From positions 1-43,572 of IMG/VR virus record IMGVR_UViG_3300048589_000157: a stretch of DNA of 43,572 nucleotides. One strand, written 5' to 3'. The notes beneath the pieces are model-generated. The model searched no databases, was not told the origin of the DNA, and saw only the letters and a program-made list of their open reading frames with translations. A program made the translations under genes and the position numbers. The DNA is from a virus. Lineage: Duplodnaviria; Caudoviricetes. Shown piece after piece: positions 36,264 to 43,572 of the stretch; positions within the stretch are counted from its first letter, which is position 1, and each line of letters begins with the position of its first letter.

Positions 36264-37162
36264 GCTTCTACGCCGCGCTTACCTCCTCAGGGCTTTGCCC
36301 GCGCGACGTGATCGCGGATGGCCGCTGGCATCGCTGCCCGACCTTGGACAAGCCGAAGAAGAAGAACGGCTGCTACTTACTGGAACCGGGTGGCAATCGC
36401 GGTGTGTGGAAGAACTACGCGACCGACGCCGATTGGAACAAGTGGCAGTCGGACACCGTGACCACGGCGCAGCGCATCGACAGCGACCGCAGGGCGCGCG
36501 AGATACGCGAGCGAGAGTCACGCAGGCGGGTCGCAGCAATCAACGCGATGCGCGCGCATTTCGACGGCCTGCCGAAGCTGCGGGACGGGCACACGTACCT
36601 GTTCGACAAGGGCCTGTCGATGCTCGGCTGCGGCGAGCTGCGGATTGATGGCGAGTTGCTCGTGATCCCGATGTACCTGGGGCGCGCGCTGATGAGTTTT
36701 CAGACGATCACGCCGGGCGGCGAGAAGAAGTATCGGCGCGGCTGTCCGATCAAAGGCAATGCCTACGTCCTGTCTCGCGCGAGGCCGGTGGTTACGTGCC
36801 TAGCCGAAGGATTTGCTACTGGACTTGCGATCTACCAGTCGATCCCGGATGCGTCGGTCGTCGTGTGCTTCGACGCCGGGAACCTCGTGCACGTCGCCAG
36901 AAATTTGCGCGTGCGAGGCATGGCCGTCGTGTGTGCCGACAACGATTGGGGAACCGAGCAGCGCATCGGCGTGAACACCGGGATTCAGAAGGGGGCCGCA
37001 GCCGCCGAATCCATCGGCTGCGGGATTGCGTATCCACAGGGGATCGAAGGAACCGATTGGGCCGATGCGCTGAAAGAGTGGGGCGGGCCGGCGAAGGTTC
37101 GGATCGAAATCATGCGGCAGGCAAGGCCCGTGTTCGGCCGAGTGAGGCGGGACAGTGGATGA
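36260..37162 (+). CDS. Toprim-domain DNA primase
   Basis: IADGRWHRC, AEGFATGL, FDAGNL, VCADND, TDWAD. Confidence 0.85.
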   Translation: MSFYAALTSSGLCPRDVIADGRWHRCPTLDKPKKKNGCYLLEPGGNRGVWKNYATDADWNKWQSDTVTTAQRIDSDRRAREIRERESRRRVAAINAMRAHFDGLPKLRDGHTYLFDKGLSMLGCGELRIDGELLVIPMYLGRALMSFQTITPGGEKKYRRGCPIKGNAYVLSRARPVVTCLAEGFATGLAIYQSIPDASVVVCFDAGNLVHVARNLRVRGMAVVCADNDWGTEQRIGVNTGIQKGAAAAESIGCGIAYPQGIEGTDWADALKEWGGPAKVRIEIMRQARPVFGRVRRDSG

Positions 37163-37165
37163 CCG

Positions 37166-37368
37166 GATCGGATGTGAACACTCCGATCGCAGCAGACACC
37201 GCAGCGGGGTCGGAGGGGGAGTCTCCCTACCGGATGGAAAGGTCTGAAACAGGGAGAAAGGGTGGCGAAGCTAGTGCCCTTGACCGAACGACTGGCGAGT
37301 CCTGTGGCTCCGAAGGGCAACGGGTAAAGGCTCGGCCCAGGTGGGCTGAGTCCGTCCACCAAAGGGCA
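37166..37368 (+). ncRNA. Candidate highly structured RNA/ssDNA element after primase
   Basis: At least four hairpins plus long-range pairings in a 235-nt intergenic gap. Confidence 0.5.
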
Positions 37369-37397
37369 ATGACCTTCACCGAGACAGAGGAAACGAG

Positions 37398-37595
37398 ATG
37401 ACGGTGGTTAACGAGAGAGTCGCCGAAATCGGAAAACGCGCCAACGCGCTGCGCAAGGCCGGCTTCTACAGCGCCGAGGAAGTGAAGTGGTTCGCCGGCT
37501 ATGTGAGGCAGCCGGGGACGCTGCTGATCGAGTGCGAGTTGCTGATGGTGAACGCGGAGCAGATCGTGAAGCGAGAGAAGGAGGAAGCCGCGTGA
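37398..37595 (+). CDS. Hypothetical protein
   Basis: GAGG SD; 65 aa; coupled to the next gene. Confidence 0.6.
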   Translation: MTVVNERVAEIGKRANALRKAGFYSAEEVKWFAGYVRQPGTLLIECELLMVNAEQIVKREKEEAA

Positions 37596-38671
37596 AACTG
37601 CGCATCGTTAGCATCAGCGGTGGCAAGGATTCGACGGCCTGCGCACTGCTCGCGCTCGAGCGGTATCCGCGCGAGGAAATCCGTCTCGTGTTCGCCGACA
37701 CCGGCAACGAGCACGAGCAGACCTATGCCTACGTGCACGAGTATCTGCCGGTGGCGCTGGGCCTGCCGATACATACGGTGCGCGCGGACTTCAGCGAGGC
37801 GATCGAGCGCAAGCGGCGGTTCATCGCGGAGAAGTGGGCTCCTGATCTCGTTGCTGGCACGCCTGGCAAATGGAAGCGCGTCGACGACGAAGACGACGGA
37901 TCCGAACCGCCCGCGCCGCCGCAAGACCAAACGCGGAGGTGCACCGTCGGCGGGTGGGAGTGGAAGCCCGGCCGCCCTCCCGTGAGCGAGGAGCAGGCCG
38001 CCGACAAGGTTGCAAGAGCCCTCGCGGTGCTGCGGCCGACCGGCGTTCCGTTCCTCGATCTGTGTCTGATCAAGGGGCGCTTCCCGTCGCGCATGGCGCA
38101 GTTCTGCACATCCGAACTCAAAGTGGTGCCGATCACCGAATGGCAGATGCACCTTATCGACGACGGATACGAGGTCGAATCGTGGCAAGGGATCCGTGCG
38201 GACGAATCTCCTAAGCGCGCCGGGGATCCGGAGCGCGAAGACCGCGGCGGCGGGCTGACGATTTATCGGCCGATCCTGCGCTGGACGGCGCAGCAGACCG
38301 TCGACTATGTGCGCTCGCGCGGCGTGATCCTGAACCCGCTGTATTCGCAAGGGATGCACCGAGTCGGCTGTATGCCGTGCATCAACGCGCGGAAAGATGA
38401 GGTGAACGAGATCGCCAAGCGGTTCCCGGAGCACGTTGAGCGCATCGAGGAATGGGAGCGCCTCGTCGCTGAGGCGAGCAAGCGCGACGCCTCGACGTTC
38501 TTCGCATCGCCCGCGCAGGGCACCGGTCTGACGACCGAGGAAGCGGTCGCGCAAGGAAACATCCGAGCGGTCGTGGAATGGGCGCGCACCAGTCGCGGCG
38601 GCGTGCAGTTCGATTGGGTGCGCGACGAGGAACCGGCGATGTGCGCCAGTGCGTATGGGTTGTGCGAATGA
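37592..38671 (+). CDS. PAPS-reductase-family PP-loop protein
   Basis: SISGGKDS, FADTGNE, FCTSELK, GIRADESPKR, NPLY...RVGCMPC, YGLCE. Confidence 0.85.
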   Translation: MKLRIVSISGGKDSTACALLALERYPREEIRLVFADTGNEHEQTYAYVHEYLPVALGLPIHTVRADFSEAIERKRRFIAEKWAPDLVAGTPGKWKRVDDEDDGSEPPAPPQDQTRRCTVGGWEWKPGRPPVSEEQAADKVARALAVLRPTGVPFLDLCLIKGRFPSRMAQFCTSELKVVPITEWQMHLIDDGYEVESWQGIRADESPKRAGDPEREDRGGGLTIYRPILRWTAQQTVDYVRSRGVILNPLYSQGMHRVGCMPCINARKDEVNEIAKRFPEHVERIEEWERLVAEASKRDASTFFASPAQGTGLTTEEAVAQGNIRAVVEWARTSRGGVQFDWVRDEEPAMCASAYGLCE

Positions 38672-39405
38672 TCCACTACCACGGACTGCCGATCACGCCG
38701 ATGACGGCCGCCGAGACGGCTATCCGCGGTGGGCATGCGTTCGTGTCCTTCCGGCGCGCCGAGCAGCTTGCAATCGCGGTTCCGGTCGCGCAGTCATTCG
38801 CCATCGACAACGGCGCTTTCTCGGCGTGGCGCGCAGGTGAACCCGTCACCGACTGGTCGGCGTTCTACGGGTGGGCGGCCGAGTGCATGCGCGTCCCGAG
38901 TTGCGACTTCGCCATCGTGCCCGACGTCATCGACGGCACCGAGGGCGACAACGACGCGCTGCTGGCCGAGTGGCCGTTGCCGCGCTGGTTCGGCGTTCCG
39001 GTGTGGCACATGCACGAGAGCCTCGAGCGATTCGAGCGCCTTGCCGCCGACTGGCCGCGCGTGGCGATCGGATCGAGCGGTGAGTACGCAGTGGTGGGCA
39101 ACGCGCGTTGGTGGAGCCGGATTTCACAGGCGATGCGCGTGGTGTGCGATGAGGATGGCCGACCCATGACGCGCCTGCACGGGCTACGCATGCTCGATCC
39201 GGCGGTGTTCACGCGGTTGCCGTTCGCGTCGGCCGACAGCACGAACATCGGTCGCAACGTCGGTATCGACCAGGCGTGGCGCGGTGCCTACACCCCGCCC
39301 ACGAAAGAGGCCCGAGCTCAAATCCTTCGCGCCCGCATCGAAGCGCACAACGCGCCTGCTACGTGGGCCTTCGACCCTGTGGAGCAAACGGAGATGCTGC
39401 TGTGA
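38668..39405 (+). CDS. TGT/DpdA-like transglycosylase
   Basis: Ordered TGT-barrel motifs: DNGAFS, PDVI, PVWH, VAIGS, LHGL, SADSTN; adjacent YhhQ-like gene. Confidence 0.65.
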   Translation: MIHYHGLPITPMTAAETAIRGGHAFVSFRRAEQLAIAVPVAQSFAIDNGAFSAWRAGEPVTDWSAFYGWAAECMRVPSCDFAIVPDVIDGTEGDNDALLAEWPLPRWFGVPVWHMHESLERFERLAADWPRVAIGSSGEYAVVGNARWWSRISQAMRVVCDEDGRPMTRLHGLRMLDPAVFTRLPFASADSTNIGRNVGIDQAWRGAYTPPTKEARAQILRARIEAHNAPATWAFDPVEQTEMLL

Positions 39406-39881
39406 TTGCCTTGTACATCGCCGCGATCGTCGCGGCCAATTTGTCGGTCGCGCACTTCGGGCCGTGGGTGTCGCCGATCAATTCGTTCCTGTTGATCGGA
39501 CTCGACTTGAGTTTGCGTGACGCGCTGCACGACCGCTGGCGCGGGCGCGGGCTGTGGCCGCGAATGCTCGGGTTGATCGCTGCCGCAGGCGCCATCTCCT
39601 ACCTGCTCAATCCGGCCGCAGGACGGATCGCCTTCGCGTCGGTCGCCGCCTTCTGCGCGGCCGCGCTCATCGACGCGTTCGTGTACCAGGCGATGCGGTT
39701 CCGCCCGTGGATGCAGCGCGCGAACGGCAGCAATGCCGCCGGCGCGATCACTGATTCGGTGCTGTTCCCGACGCTCGCCTTCGGGGTGTTCCTGCCGCAC
39801 ATCGTTGCGTTGCAGTTCGCCGCGAAGGTAGCGGGCGGCGCCGTGTGGGCCTACCTGCTGCGCCGCAGGACAGTGGCATGA
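39402..39881 (+). CDS. VUT/YhhQ-family queuosine-precursor transporter-like membrane protein
   Basis: YIAAIVAAN, LRDALH, RIAFAS..AF...LIDAFVY, SN..GAITDSVLF..LAFG, KV motifs. Confidence 0.8.
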   Translation: MIALYIAAIVAANLSVAHFGPWVSPINSFLLIGLDLSLRDALHDRWRGRGLWPRMLGLIAAAGAISYLLNPAAGRIAFASVAAFCAAALIDAFVYQAMRFRPWMQRANGSNAAGAITDSVLFPTLAFGVFLPHIVALQFAAKVAGGAVWAYLLRRRTVA

Positions 39882-40099
39882 CAGACGAGCAACTGCGCCA
39901 CGAGTGCGAAGTGCGCTGGCTCCTTCGCCTGTTCGTCGCCGAAGGCAAGGAAGGCGTCGACCGCTACATCGCGCTCGTGACGAAGCACAGAGGGCAGGCG
40001 TGCGCGGATCGGCTGCTGGCGGATGTCAGGGCGCAGCACGAGCTCGGCAACCGCGGCGAGCGTGGCGACTGGCGCGAACGGATGAGGGAGGCGGCATGA
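39878..40099 (+). CDS. Hypothetical protein
   Basis: RHECEVRWLL...RG...L..D...GNRG..GDW motif. Confidence 0.65.
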   Translation: MTDEQLRHECEVRWLLRLFVAEGKEGVDRYIALVTKHRGQACADRLLADVRAQHELGNRGERGDWRERMREAA

Positions 40100-40446
40100 C
40101 GCAGGAAGTCGTGCTCCCGTGGCCGCCGCGCGACCTGAGCCCAAACGCCCGGGTTCACTGGGCGCGCAAGGCAAAGGTCACGCGCTCGTACCGCGAAGCC
40201 TGTTACCTGCTCGCCAAGCAGGCGCGGCTTAAGGCGCCTGACGCCGACCGGATTGCGCTCACCGTGACGTTCCTGCCGCCTGACGGGCGCCGGCGCGACC
40301 GGGACAACTTGATCGCCTCGTGCAAGGCGCTGTTCGACGGGCTAGCCGATGCGCTGCAAGTCGATGACGCGCAATTCGTCCTGTCGTTTCACGTCGCCCG
40401 CGACCAGATCGCAGGGCTTGTTCGTGTCTCTGTGGAGCCAGCATGA
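40096..40446 (+). CDS. rusA: RusA-like Holliday junction resolvase
   Basis: LPWPP..LSPNAR.HW, PPDGRRRDRDNL...K..FDGLADAL.VDD. Confidence 0.85.
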   Translation: MTQEVVLPWPPRDLSPNARVHWARKAKVTRSYREACYLLAKQARLKAPDADRIALTVTFLPPDGRRRDRDNLIASCKALFDGLADALQVDDAQFVLSFHVARDQIAGLVRVSVEPA

Positions 40447-40546
40447 AATCGCTATATGCAGCAATCATCGCCCATTGGCGTCGCCGGAAGCACCTGCGGG
40501 CCGTGGCGCGGTATCACCGCAGATTGGCGCAGATGGAGAAGCGGCG

Positions 40547-40978
40547 ATGATCGAGTGGATACCCCATAACGGCGACGAATGCCCGGTAAAGCCCGGCACG
40601 CTGGTCGAAGTGTCTTACGGGTCGGTGCAGGACACGACTATTGCCGAGCGCGTCGATTGGGCGTCTGCGATCCGGTATCGCGTGCGGATGCCTGCGCCCG
40701 ATGGTGTTGCCGGCACGATTGCCGAGCGTGAGAACACGCACGGGTCGTTCGAGTTGCGTTCGGAAATAGCCCGCCGGTTGCGCGATGCCATGTCGCTGCA
40801 TGAGCGCGACAACGGATTTACCGCGCCGCAAGAGGATGCGCTGATCCATATCTGCAACAAGCTGTCCCGCATAGCGGCCGGCGACTCGTGCTGCTCCGAC
40901 CACTGGCACGACATAGCTGGTTACGCGACGCTCGCTGCCCAAACCGGGCACGACTCCACCCAAAAGGGGCACGCATGA
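40547..40978 (+). CDS. Two-domain protein with C-terminal DUF6378-like domain
   Basis: WIPHNGDECPV N-terminus; ERENTHGSF...KLSRI..GD....DHWHDIAGYATL. Confidence 0.7.
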   Translation: MIEWIPHNGDECPVKPGTLVEVSYGSVQDTTIAERVDWASAIRYRVRMPAPDGVAGTIAERENTHGSFELRSEIARRLRDAMSLHERDNGFTAPQEDALIHICNKLSRIAAGDSCCSDHWHDIAGYATLAAQTGHDSTQKGHA

Positions 40979-41124
40979 CATTCCGGCTCGGCTTCATCGT
41001 CGGCGCTATGGCCGCCTGCGTCGCCTGTGCATGGTGGGCATTTAGCGCGATGGAGCCGCACGACGATTGGGCACCGGGCGCACTGAGCGATCTGGAACGG
41101 TACGCAGATCGAGTGCGTGAATGA
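40975..41124 (+). CDS. Small membrane protein
   Basis: FRLGFIVGAMAACVACAWWAF; ATGA coupling. Confidence 0.5.
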   Translation: MTFRLGFIVGAMAACVACAWWAFSAMEPHDDWAPGALSDLERYADRVRE

Positions 41125-41294
41125 GGCGCCCCATCAAGGATCACATCCTTGCCGAAGTACGCGCGGCCACCGACCGCAGGAAAGGCGTCAAACAGCCGAC
41201 CGAGCCGCGGAACCCGGAACTAACCCGCACGCGCAGGCGGCTAGAGGAAATCGAGGACGAACGCAGGTTGCGCGAAGCAACGGAGTGGCTATGA
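41121..41294 (+). CDS. Small basic protein
   Basis: RRRLEEIEDERRLRE motif; ATGA coupling. Confidence 0.5.
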   Translation: MRRPIKDHILAEVRAATDRRKGVKQPTEPRNPELTRTRRRLEEIEDERRLREATEWL

Positions 41295-41315
41295 ACGTGT
41301 CCGAGGTCCGTAGGT

Positions 41316-41714
41316 ATGACTGATAGCGACCTGCACGCGCTGTTCTGTGAATGGGGAGCATGGGCACGGTCGCGCCGGCTGTACGCGCCGAGTCCGAATC
41401 CGCAGAGCGTCATCGGCTCGCTCGTGCGCCTGCCGGGTGGTCGAGAAGGGAATGCACGCCTAGACCCGATGCTAGCCGCGTTGCACATGGCAATTCTCGG
41501 CGCAGAGGGCAGGGACGGCCAGATCGTGAGCATCGAATATCTGTGGCGCCCCTACTCGCGCCCGAAAGTGCCGGTAAAGCGCATCGCCAGCGCGCTCGGA
41601 TTCTCGCGGCAGCGGTGGTATCAACTCGTTAAGGATGCGCGCCGCCGAGTATATGCAGGGGTTGACACAATTTCTGTGGCGGCCCCTTGTCAAATCCCGG
41701 AAAATGTCGATTGA
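41316..41714 (+). CDS. Late antiterminator Q-like protein
   Basis: L.EWGAWAR N-terminus, C-terminal HTH (IASALGFSRQRWY); last early gene before a terminator and TerS. Confidence 0.65.
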   Translation: MTDSDLHALFCEWGAWARSRRLYAPSPNPQSVIGSLVRLPGGREGNARLDPMLAALHMAILGAEGRDGQIVSIEYLWRPYSRPKVPVKRIASALGFSRQRWYQLVKDARRRVYAGVDTISVAAPCQIPENVD

Positions 41715-41780
41715 TTGAGATACGCCTCGAAGTTGTCGGCGTGTTTCCGCAGTCTCCTCCCTCGTGCATCACGCACGTTT

Positions 41781-41805
41781 GCCCGCCGAGTGCGGGCTTT
41801 CTTTT
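41781..41805 (+). terminator. Late-leader terminator (tR'-like)
   Basis: GCCCGC-cgagt-GCGGGC-TTTCTTTT between Q-like gene and TerS. Confidence 0.75.
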
Positions 41806-41837
41806 GTGCCCAAATAACAGGCACTTAGATTAAGACA

Positions 41838-42140
41838 ATGGCTGCACCCCTCGGAAATCAGAACGCGGCAAAGGCGAAAGTCTGGACGGCTGCGGTAGAG
41901 CGGGCACTGTCCGCACGATCGGCACTGGACAGGAAAGATGCGCTCGAAGCGTGCGCCAATGCGCTGATCGACAAGGCGCTGGAAGGCGACATGACGGCGC
42001 TTAAGGAACTCGGCGACCGGCTAGAGGGCAAGCCGGCGCAGGCGGTTTCATTGAGCGGCGAACTAGCACACAAGCACACACTTGCAGATGTCCTCGGCAG
42101 CATTAGCGCCAGCGCAACAGACAATCCTCCGGTGGCGTGA
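41838..42140 (+). CDS. Terminase small subunit-like protein
   Basis: APLGNQNA N-terminus, ALEGDMTALKELGDRLEGKPAQ; upstream of TerL. Confidence 0.7.
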   Translation: MAAPLGNQNAAKAKVWTAAVERALSARSALDRKDALEACANALIDKALEGDMTALKELGDRLEGKPAQAVSLSGELAHKHTLADVLGSISASATDNPPVA

Positions 42141-43476
42141 AGGTGGGCCGGCGCTCTTTGCCGAGGAAGTCTTAGGGGCAAAGCCGACCGATCAGCAGTG
42201 GGAAGCCAGTCGGGCGATCGTGTCGCGCCGCAGGGTGTCGATCCGCTCGGGCCACGGTACGGGCAAGTCTGCGTTCATGGCTTGGTGCGTGCTGTGGTTC
42301 ATGGCGTGCTACTTCCCCTGCAAGGTGCCGTGTACGGCCCCTACGGGGCATCAACTGTCCGACATCCTGTGGGCAGAGATTGCCAAGTGGCACCGGGCGA
42401 TGAAAGAGCGCGTGCCGGAGTTGGCGGCAGAGTTCGGGTGGGGCTCGGAGCGGTATTCGATGCTCACGCATCCGCAAGAGTCGTTTGCGGTTGCGAGAAC
42501 GAGCCGCCCGGAGAATCCCGAGGCGCTGCAAGGCTTTCACAGCGAAAACATCCTGTTCCTGATCGACGAGGCTTCTGGCGTGCCGGAAGTCGTCTTTCGG
42601 GTTGCCGAGGGCGCGCTATCGACGGACGGTGCATTCGTCGTCATGGCGGCGAACCCGACGCGGGAAGAAGGCTACTTCTACGACTCGCATCACAAGATGC
42701 GCGATCGGTGGGCGGCGCTGCATTGGGATGGCGAGGAATCGCCGATGGTCAGTCGTCAGTACATCGACGACATGCGCGCCAAGTACGGTGTAGACAGCCC
42801 GATCTATCAGGTACGGGTCAAAGGTAATTTCGTAACCGCTGCCGACGGGGTGATTCCTCTGTCGCTGTGCATCGCTGCGCAGGAAAGGAACGTCGCTCGG
42901 ACGCCTGGGGCGGAAATACGGTGGGGTTTGGACGTTGCCCGCTTCGGGGATGACTCGACGGCGTTAGCCAAGCGCGCCGGGAACATGCAGCTAGAGCCGA
43001 CGCGGGAATGGTTCGGCAAAGACCTGATGCAGACGGTCGGCCTGCTCAAGATCGAATACGACAGCGCCCGAGAGAAGCCCGACGCGATCATGGTCGACGT
43101 AATCGGGATCGGCGCGGGTGTAGTGGATCGAGGCAAGGAAATCGGATTGCCGGTGGTCGGTGTCAACGTGGCGGAGTCTGCATCTGCTGATGAGCGGTAC
43201 GGTCGGCTGCGGGACGAACTGTGGTTTCTCAGCAAGGAATGGCTAGAGCGCAGGGATTGCAAGCTCGCCGATGACGATGCGCTGATTGGCGAGTTGACCA
43301 CGCCGAAGTACCAAATCCTCTCGAATGGAAAGATCAAGGTCGAGGGGAAAGACGAGATGAAGAAGCGCGGCGTATCTAGCCCGAACCGGGCTGATGCGTG
43401 GAACTTGACGTTTGCACGGGTCGGCTTCGCAACGCAGTGGAAGCCGATCAAGTACGACAACCGAGGAATCATTTAA
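42088..43476 (+). CDS. Terminase large subunit
   Basis: Walker A SGHGTGKS, Walker B LIDEASG, NPTR, nuclease GLDVARFGDD and SPNRADA. Confidence 0.92.
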   Translation: MSSAALAPAQQTILRWREGGPALFAEEVLGAKPTDQQWEASRAIVSRRRVSIRSGHGTGKSAFMAWCVLWFMACYFPCKVPCTAPTGHQLSDILWAEIAKWHRAMKERVPELAAEFGWGSERYSMLTHPQESFAVARTSRPENPEALQGFHSENILFLIDEASGVPEVVFRVAEGALSTDGAFVVMAANPTREEGYFYDSHHKMRDRWAALHWDGEESPMVSRQYIDDMRAKYGVDSPIYQVRVKGNFVTAADGVIPLSLCIAAQERNVARTPGAEIRWGLDVARFGDDSTALAKRAGNMQLEPTREWFGKDLMQTVGLLKIEYDSAREKPDAIMVDVIGIGAGVVDRGKEIGLPVVGVNVAESASADERYGRLRDELWFLSKEWLERRDCKLADDDALIGELTTPKYQILSNGKIKVEGKDEMKKRGVSSPNRADAWNLTFARVGFATQWKPIKYDNRGII

Positions 43477-43572
43477 TGGCTCGCATGACTGACGACGAAC
43501 TTCTGGCGCTGATCGAAGCGCGAGAAGGGGAGTCGTATGGGTATGGCGACGGCGAGCTATCGGAGAAGCGTG
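43446..43572. repeat. 127-bp terminal direct repeat (copy 2)
   Basis: Identical to 1-127. Confidence 0.95.

Noticed and set aside
37592-38671. CysH auxiliary sulfur-metabolism gene or Dnd phosphorothioation system
   Set aside because: No other cys or dnd/ssp genes; context points to DNA modification, and function remains unassigned.
43446-43572. Terminal repeat as a biological DTR
   Set aside because: It is exactly 127 bp and cuts through coding sequence, typical of an assembler overlap on a circular contig.
1-43572. tRNA genes or an alternative genetic code
   Set aside because: No canonical tRNA seen by eye; core genes are intact under the standard bacterial code.

Overview
The window is a complete, circularly permuted ~43.4-kb GC-rich tailed-phage genome. 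Bases 1-127 are repeated exactly at 43446-43572, most likely an assembly overlap. The architecture is podovirus-like and lambdoid in regulation. Plus strand: portal, head accessory proteins, scaffold, major capsid protein, a four-gene glycosylation/methylation cassette, Ser/Thr-rich virion proteins, adaptor, an ADP-ribosyltransferase-like protein, nozzle, ejection proteins, C1q-tipped fibre, and a lysis cassette. Minus-strand early operon (32059 to ~24750): lipoprotein, Ref-like nuclease, Sak4-like ATPase, SSB-like protein, Gp157, NinB, YkgJ. Rightward early operon: Cro, HNH, ParB-like, SF2 helicase, Toprim primase, PAPS-reductase-like, TGT/DpdA-like, YhhQ-like, RusA, Q-like, then TerS/TerL. 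Divergent promoters and four operators are intact, but no CI repressor or integrase is recognisable. Best candidates for new biology: (1) an FlmG-like TPR-glycosyltransferase, two methyltransferases and a GT8-like enzyme inside the head module, suggesting virion glycosylation; (2) a coupled PP-loop enzyme + DpdA-like + YhhQ-like trio without queCDE/folE, suggesting salvage-type deazaguanine DNA modification; (3) a stand-alone PT-TG/ART-like effector; (4) several structured non-coding elements. All family calls come from motif recognition by eye; no database search was run.
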